Positions 59,104-64,000 of a stretch of DNA of 64,000 nucleotides are shown in pieces (the first letter of the stretch is position 1; the number at the start of each line of letters is the position of its first letter). Source of the stretch: Bacteroidaceae bacterium (GTDB lineage: Bacteria > Bacteroidota > Bacteroidia > Bacteroidales > Bacteroidaceae); contig JAFXGV010000048.1 in assembly GCA_017536765.1 (NCBI GenBank), forward strand, positions 3,615 to 67,614. Reading direction: 5' to 3'. The notes below the pieces were generated by a model. That model did not search any database. It was not told the DNA's origin and saw only the letters and a list, made by a program, of their open reading frames with translations. The position numbers and the translations under genes were made by a program.

Positions 59104-60240
59104 TTAATAATTCTGGTATTGAGTGAGTAGCGATTTTACATTAACTATGAATTTATGTAAAGTTTCATTATGCCAAGTATCATGTAACGCATAATCACCT
59201 TCGGCCAGTTCTATCTTGTATTGATATCTGCTAAAGTCGCTTATTGCTTCTATTGGTTCATAAGACATTCCTACACTGGTTTTAATGTATGGAAATAGTG
59301 AACGAAACGTACTAACGGGCATTTTGGCACCATTATCTTTTTCGTAATCGGAAAGCACCTTGCCAACTATACTATATACAACTTTCTCTGCCGAGGTATA
59401 GTATTCTCCATCGAACAGATATACATATTTATTGTCCAATATCTTGTTCCATTTTTCCAAGCCTGCCCAATCGGGATTGCCACTCGCGTATTTAAGCCAT
59501 TCCGCTTGCAATGTATGGTCCACTCCCTGGATTTTTGAATCAAAAACACTTCTGAAGTCCCAATATCCAACGTCTTCCATCAGCACGCCAAGGGCATACT
59601 CTGCCGGCTGTGATTGCATAAAATGTTTGGCATAGTCGTAAAAATCGCGGTGACCACAATCTTTAATTATCTTAAGAGTAATGGCATTTGCCATAGACTC
59701 CTCGCGCCAACGACCAAATATTGTGTGGTACGAGACCTTCTCCACACTACAACGATTATGCTCCCAATTGAATATATCTAACGCTGCGTGAGCCAATTCG
59801 TGTATTAAAACTTTTGTTACGAGCCATTTGAAATGTATATCGTTGTTTTGAGCTGCGCCATCAATATCTGTCAAATATAATTCAATATAAGGAGTATAAC
59901 CTTTTCGGTTTGAATGATATGCACCCATTACATCTATAATACTATCTTTTATAATACTATCTTCGCCTCTTATTTCTTTAGGTCTGGAATCGCAAAAATA
60001 AATGGGTATTGTATGCAATAGAGATATGATATTTTCATATCCCTCATTCTCAAATTTCCAAATTGGTAAAAGTGGAAGAGATTTGAAATGTGAATGGTGT
60101 GACCAAATAATTTGATCGTATAATGAATGATTATATATAAATTCTAAAGGTCGAACAACATCAAGTATAAAATCAAGAACCCTGGTAGCTTCAATTCTTT
60201 TTAAAAGATGCTTGGAGGCATTAATATTTGCAATTTTCAT
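59104..60240 (-). CDS. hypothetical protein with an HExxH zinc-metallopeptidase-like motif
   Basis: 378 aa. VLIHELAHAALD is followed 30 aa or so later by WREESMAN, a possible third ligand. The gene is AT-rich relative to its neighbours. No family recognised. Confidence 0.7.
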   Translation of the reverse strand: MKIANINASKHLLKRIEATRVLDFILDVVRPLEFIYNHSLYDQIIWSHHSHFKSLPLLPIWKFENEGYENIISLLHTIPIYFCDSRPKEIRGEDSIIKDSIIDVMGAYHSNRKGYTPYIELYLTDIDGAAQNNDIHFKWLVTKVLIHELAHAALDIFNWEHNRCSVEKVSYHTIFGRWREESMANAITLKIIKDCGHRDFYDYAKHFMQSQPAEYALGVLMEDVGYWDFRSVFDSKIQGVDHTLQAEWLKYASGNPDWAGLEKWNKILDNKYVYLFDGEYYTSAEKVVYSIVGKVLSDYEKDNGAKMPVSTFRSLFPYIKTSVGMSYEPIEAISDFSRYQYKIELAEGDYALHDTWHNETLHKFIVNVKSLLTQYQNY

Positions 60241-60283
60241 AGTTATTGGAATATTTGGTTAGATATATAATAAAGTTATTTTT

Positions 60284-60889
60284 TTACTCTATCCTTTTCT
60301 TATATACATACACCACAAAGGGTTCCTCGTTGTCGTATTTGGAAAAGGCTTTTTCATCTACAAGCTCAAAACCGTGGCGGGGGTAGTAGGTGTGGTTGCA
60401 GGTGATGTCGGTCCACAGGAGCATATTTTCATAGCCCCGGCTTTTGAGCAGGTTGCTCATTGCAGGCAGCAACAGGCTGCCGCACCCCTTTTGGGCACTG
60501 AGGAAGAAGGTGAGCATAACATCACTCTGCCCCATTTTGCAGGCAACCATATCCTCGTTGCCGTGTGACGAGGAGAGCACCATATCGAGTATCTCGTTCT
60601 GCTCCTTATCGGTGAAATTCTTGCGTGCCACAGAGTACCACTCATCGGCTGCGGGGTTGCCACCGTCGTTGGATGCAAAGATAAAGCCTTTCATCTCGCC
60701 ATCGGCAACAATCTTCAGGGCCAGCGATGGGTTCTGGTATTCGTAGCGCACGCTATACTCACACACCACACGGGCAATATCTTGGTCCCAGTCTTGCAAC
60801 GCTTCGCTCCACGCATCTACCGTGAGTTCCACTGCCGCGGGAATATCATCTTGAGTAAATGGTAATATTTGCAGATTGCTGTCGTTCAT
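60284..60889 (-). CDS. GNAT family N-acetyltransferase
   Basis: 201 aa. FFLSAQKGCGSLLL resembles the acetyl-CoA-binding Q/RxxGxG/A motif. The overall GNAT length fits. Confidence 0.8.
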   Translation of the reverse strand: MNDSNLQILPFTQDDIPAAVELTVDAWSEALQDWDQDIARVVCEYSVRYEYQNPSLALKIVADGEMKGFIFASNDGGNPAADEWYSVARKNFTDKEQNEILDMVLSSSHGNEDMVACKMGQSDVMLTFFLSAQKGCGSLLLPAMSNLLKSRGYENMLLWTDITCNHTYYPRHGFELVDEKAFSKYDNEEPFVVYVYKKRIE

Positions 60890-60895
60890 ACAAAA

Positions 60896-61435
60896 TCAGT
60901 ATTTCTCGAATGAAACCACCTTGCTCCACTCTTTGCGTATCTTCTTTCGTTTGGGCTTGGCGGCATAGCCCAATGCCACAATGAGCATAAGGCGTTTCTT
61001 TTCGGGGATTCCTGTAAGTTGCTTTATCTTCTTCTCGTCGAACCAGCCAAGTATGCAACTGCCAATGCCTTCGTCTTCTGCTGCAAGGGTAATGTAGGCC
61101 GATGCTATCCCCAAATCCATCATTGGGAAATCTTTGTCTTTAATGCCGCAACCCAATTTCGATGTTATGTTTGTGGGTTCGTGTGTTATGAGCACAAGGG
61201 CCGCCGCATCTTTTACAAATCTGTTCATTCCAAGGCTCGAGGTGGCCTTGCCCACCTGCGGCAGCAGTTCGCTGTCGGTTACCACGGTAAAATGCCACGG
61301 CTGCCCGTTGCAAGCCGAGGGGGCAAGCCTGCCCGCTTCCACAATGCGCTCGAGCACATCGCGTTCTATGGTGCGCCCGGGCTCAAAGGAGCGGTCGCTC
61401 TGGCGGGCCTGCGCAAGTTCCAAAAAGCTTTTCAT
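60896..61435 (-). CDS. nitroreductase family protein
   Basis: RQSDRSFEPGRTIERDVLERIVEAGRLAPSACNGQPWHFTVV is the classic nitroreductase N-terminus. Confidence 0.9.
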   Translation of the reverse strand: MKSFLELAQARQSDRSFEPGRTIERDVLERIVEAGRLAPSACNGQPWHFTVVTDSELLPQVGKATSSLGMNRFVKDAAALVLITHEPTNITSKLGCGIKDKDFPMMDLGIASAYITLAAEDEGIGSCILGWFDEKKIKQLTGIPEKKRLMLIVALGYAAKPKRKKIRKEWSKVVSFEKY

Positions 61436-61444
61436 AGCACCGGG

Positions 61445-62044
61445 TTATTTGTTTATCATACGGGCAATGTACTTGCCTATGATGTCGAACTCTATGTTCA
61501 CTTTTGTACCCACCTTGATGGTGTGGAAATTGGTGTGCTCGTATGTATAAGGGATTATCGCCACCTTGAAGGAGTCGTCGGTGGGCTCGCACACGGTGAG
61601 GCTCACACCGTTCACCGTTACCGAACCTTTATCCACTGTAAGGTAGCCCTTTGCTGCCATTTCGGCATCGTGCTTGTAATGGAATGTATAGTACCAGCTG
61701 CCGTCGGCATCCTTTATGTCGGTGCACTCGGCGGTCTGGTCCACGTGTCCCTGTACTATGTGGCCGTCGAGACGGCCGTTCATCATCATACTGCGCTCCA
61801 CGTTCACCTTGTCGCCCACCTCCAAAAGACCTATGTTTGAACGCTCAAGCGTTTCGCTCATTGCGGTAACGGTATATTCGTCGCCCTCTATGTTCACCAC
61901 CGTGAGGCACACTCCGTTGTGCGACACACTCTGGTCTATCTTTAGTTCGTTTGTGAACGAGCAGGTGAGCGTGAGGTGCAGGTTACCCTGCTCACGCACC
62001 AATTTTGTTACTGTTGCAAATTCTTCTACTATTCCTGAAAACAT
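61445..62044 (-). CDS. ribE: riboflavin synthase
   Basis: MFSGIVEE..., a duplicated lumazine-binding repeat (SVSHNGVCLTV / GSVTVNGVSLTV). 199 aa. Confidence 0.95.
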   Translation of the reverse strand: MFSGIVEEFATVTKLVREQGNLHLTLTCSFTNELKIDQSVSHNGVCLTVVNIEGDEYTVTAMSETLERSNIGLLEVGDKVNVERSMMMNGRLDGHIVQGHVDQTAECTDIKDADGSWYYTFHYKHDAEMAAKGYLTVDKGSVTVNGVSLTVCEPTDDSFKVAIIPYTYEHTNFHTIKVGTKVNIEFDIIGKYIARMINK

Positions 62045-62110
62045 ATCTTTCTGTTGTTTTAATTGTTTGCGAATATATGAATTTATCTTTTAAAGCAATG
62101 TTACAAAAAG

Positions 62111-63409
62111 TTAATCATTGCACCGCGGTATGCGGAATATGATGGAGAGCAGCACCATTATGCCAATGAGCGCGGGGTAATACAGGTGTGGTATGATGGC
62201 AACGGGTGACACCGCGGCAAGCCCCGATGCCATAAGCAGCTGCGCACCATATGGGATAACTCCCTGCACAAAGCAGGATGTGGTGTCCATAATACTTGCC
62301 GAGCGACGGGGGGCAATGTCGAAGGTGCGCGATATGTCGCGCACAATATCTCCGGTGGAGAGGATGGCTATGGTATTGTTAGCCGTGCACAAGTTGGAGA
62401 GCGCGGTGAGAACGGCAATGGAGAACTCGGCAGCACGCTGCGAACGCACCTTGTATGTTACGGCACGTATGAGAAACTCCAAGCCACCGTTCACCTTTAC
62501 AATCTCCAAAAGGCCGCCGGCAAGCATTGTCACTATTATGAGCTCGCCCATAGAGGCTATGCCCGCACCAAGCGAGGAGAATATATCCACCACACCTATG
62601 GACGCCGTGCACACACCTATGATTGCCGATATCAGAATACCTGTTACAAGTACCACAAGCACGTTTATGCCACACAGTGCGGTGATTATAACCACAAGAT
62701 AGGGAAGAATCTTCACACAGTCGATAGCTGTAAACGCTATGGGCTCGGCAATAGTTGCTGCTGTGCCGCTGAACAGGTATATAATTGTTGTTATAACCGC
62801 AGCGGGCATAACAAGCAGAAAGTTTGTTTTGAACTTATCGCGCATAGAGCAACCTTGCGATTGTGTTGCGGCAATTGTGGTATCGGAAATAAACGATAGG
62901 TTGTCGCCAAAGAATGCGCCACCCACCACTATTGCCACAATCCACGCTACCTCGCAACCAATCTGTGCGGCCAGGGCGGTGACCACGGGGGTGAGTGCTA
63001 CAATGGTGCCCACCGATGTACCTATGGACATAGATATAAAACAGGCGGCAATGAATATACCGGCAGGCAAAAAATGTTGCGGGATGAGATGCAGCGTAAG
63101 CGCAACGGTGGAATCCACGGCACCCATACTCTTTGCGAGGGCGGCAAAGGCACCGGCAAGCACAAAAATCCACACCATAAGCATAACGCGCGAGTTGGCT
63201 GCACCGCGGGAGAAGGTTTTTATTCTCTCCTCCAATGTGTTACTGCCACGCATAACTGCAATGGCATATATTGCCGCCACCACAAAGGCTGCGGTTATAG
63301 GTATTTTATAAAAATCGCCGGCTATGATGGAGCCTGCAAGATAAACCGTGAGCAACAGGGCTATGGGCGAAAGCGCCACCACACCCTTCACAATATTTTT
63401 TACATTCAT
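62111..63409 (-). CDS. nhaC: Na+/H+ antiporter NhaC-family membrane protein
   Basis: 432 aa, polytopic, with composition and layout like NhaC-family transporters. This is the weakest of the transporter family calls. Confidence 0.75.
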   Translation of the reverse strand: MNVKNIVKGVVALSPIALLLTVYLAGSIIAGDFYKIPITAAFVVAAIYAIAVMRGSNTLEERIKTFSRGAANSRVMLMVWIFVLAGAFAALAKSMGAVDSTVALTLHLIPQHFLPAGIFIAACFISMSIGTSVGTIVALTPVVTALAAQIGCEVAWIVAIVVGGAFFGDNLSFISDTTIAATQSQGCSMRDKFKTNFLLVMPAAVITTIIYLFSGTAATIAEPIAFTAIDCVKILPYLVVIITALCGINVLVVLVTGILISAIIGVCTASIGVVDIFSSLGAGIASMGELIIVTMLAGGLLEIVKVNGGLEFLIRAVTYKVRSQRAAEFSIAVLTALSNLCTANNTIAILSTGDIVRDISRTFDIAPRRSASIMDTTSCFVQGVIPYGAQLLMASGLAAVSPVAIIPHLYYPALIGIMVLLSIIFRIPRCND

Positions 63410-63606
63410 CTTTTTGCAAAATTAAATGCGAAGATAAGCCAAAATTGCCAAACGAACAATTTGCGATATAAATATTGTTAAAATAACTCTTTCAAATATA
63501 TACTTATATCATTTTTAGATAATTTTGCATATAAAGGATTAAACCTTTCGGCTCTTTCATTATCAAATAAAACGATATTTACCTGTTATATATTAGATAC
63601 AAAGAT

Positions 63607-64000
63607 ATGTTAAGGAGATTTTTTACGATTGCAATGCTCACACTTGCTGCGGGAAGCCTTGCTGCGCAAACAGCCCGACAGTGGAGCTTGAAGGATTGCA
63701 TAGACTACTCCATTGAGCACAACATACAGCTGAAGATGGAGAAACTGTCGCTTGACGAGAGCGAGATAAACGTGAAAAGCGCCACGGCTGCGCTCTTTCC
63801 TTCACTCTCGCTGAGTACAAGCCAAAACGGGCGTTACCAACCCTATTTCGACAACGCAGGCAGCTCGTTCGTGACATCGGACGGCTCGGGAGGCAGCCGT
63901 GTGAGTTCCTCACAAGACCACTTCAGCTACTCGGGCAGCTATGGAGTGAACGCCCGTGTAACCCTGTTCAATGGCGGACAGAACATTAACAACATAAAGC
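63607..64000 (+). CDS. TolC-family outer-membrane efflux protein (5' part; runs off the right edge)
   Basis: Hand translation from the ATG at 63607 gives MLRRFFTIAMLTLAAGSLAAQTARQWSLKDCIDYSIEHNIQLKMEKLSLDESEINVKSATAALFPSLSLS..., the typical N-terminus of Bacteroidetes TolC-like proteins. It is open to the window end. Confidence 0.8.
   Translation, partial: MLRRFFTIAMLTLAAGSLAAQTARQWSLKDCIDYSIEHNIQLKMEKLSLDESEINVKSATAALFPSLSLSTSQNGRYQPYFDNAGSSFVTSDGSGGSRVSSSQDHFSYSGSYGVNARVTLFNGGQNINNIK

Noticed and set aside
59017-60283. rnpB-adjacent integrated mobile element
   Set aside because: There is no integrase or transposase, and I could find no duplicated copy of the rnpB 3' end at the far side (60241-60283). 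Only the compositional oddity remains, reported as a finding at lower strength.
61019-61840. 273-aa plus-strand ORF
   Set aside because: It is antisense to the nitroreductase and ribE genes.

Overview
This 64-kb window looks like chromosomal DNA from a Bacteroidales (Bacteroidota) genome. Supporting signs are a complete Bat aerotolerance operon, TAnnTTTG promoter-like boxes, lipoprotein pilins of the type V pilus kind, DUF3575/DUF3868-type genes, a possible T9SS-like C-terminal tail and a type A RNase P RNA. All family calls come from reading the supplied translations against remembered motifs; no searches or structure predictions were run. Housekeeping genes: lepA, ftsY, rimO, two HU genes, the MoxR-DUF58-BatA-E operon (9.9-18.3 kb), an M16 peptidase, rpsP, a Dus-family gene, an aminotransferase, galE, htrA, rnpB, ribE and nhaC. 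Accessory content: (1) An eight-gene, all-exported envelope locus at 30.8-47.6 kb. It has two DUF3575-headed halves, three type V pilin-like lipoproteins, a 929-aa DUF3868/OmpA-like protein, a helical 597-aa protein, and a 1906-aa protein made of four tandem repeats of about 400-420 codons. Each repeat reads like two small beta-barrel modules. This is my top candidate for something undescribed. (2) A three-gene licD / nucleotidyltransferase-PLP enzyme fusion / opine-dehydrogenase-like cassette (26.8-30.5 kb), probably making a CDP-activated phospho-alcohol for glycan decoration. (3) A family of palindromic REP-like intergenic elements. (4) An AT-rich orphan HExxH gene next to rnpB. (5) An HD hydrolase with an HTH-like tail. 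(6) Small accessory genes at the left edge. No transposase, integrase, CRISPR array, tRNA or rRNA gene was seen. Many long ORFs in the track are antisense shadows of real genes and were rejected.
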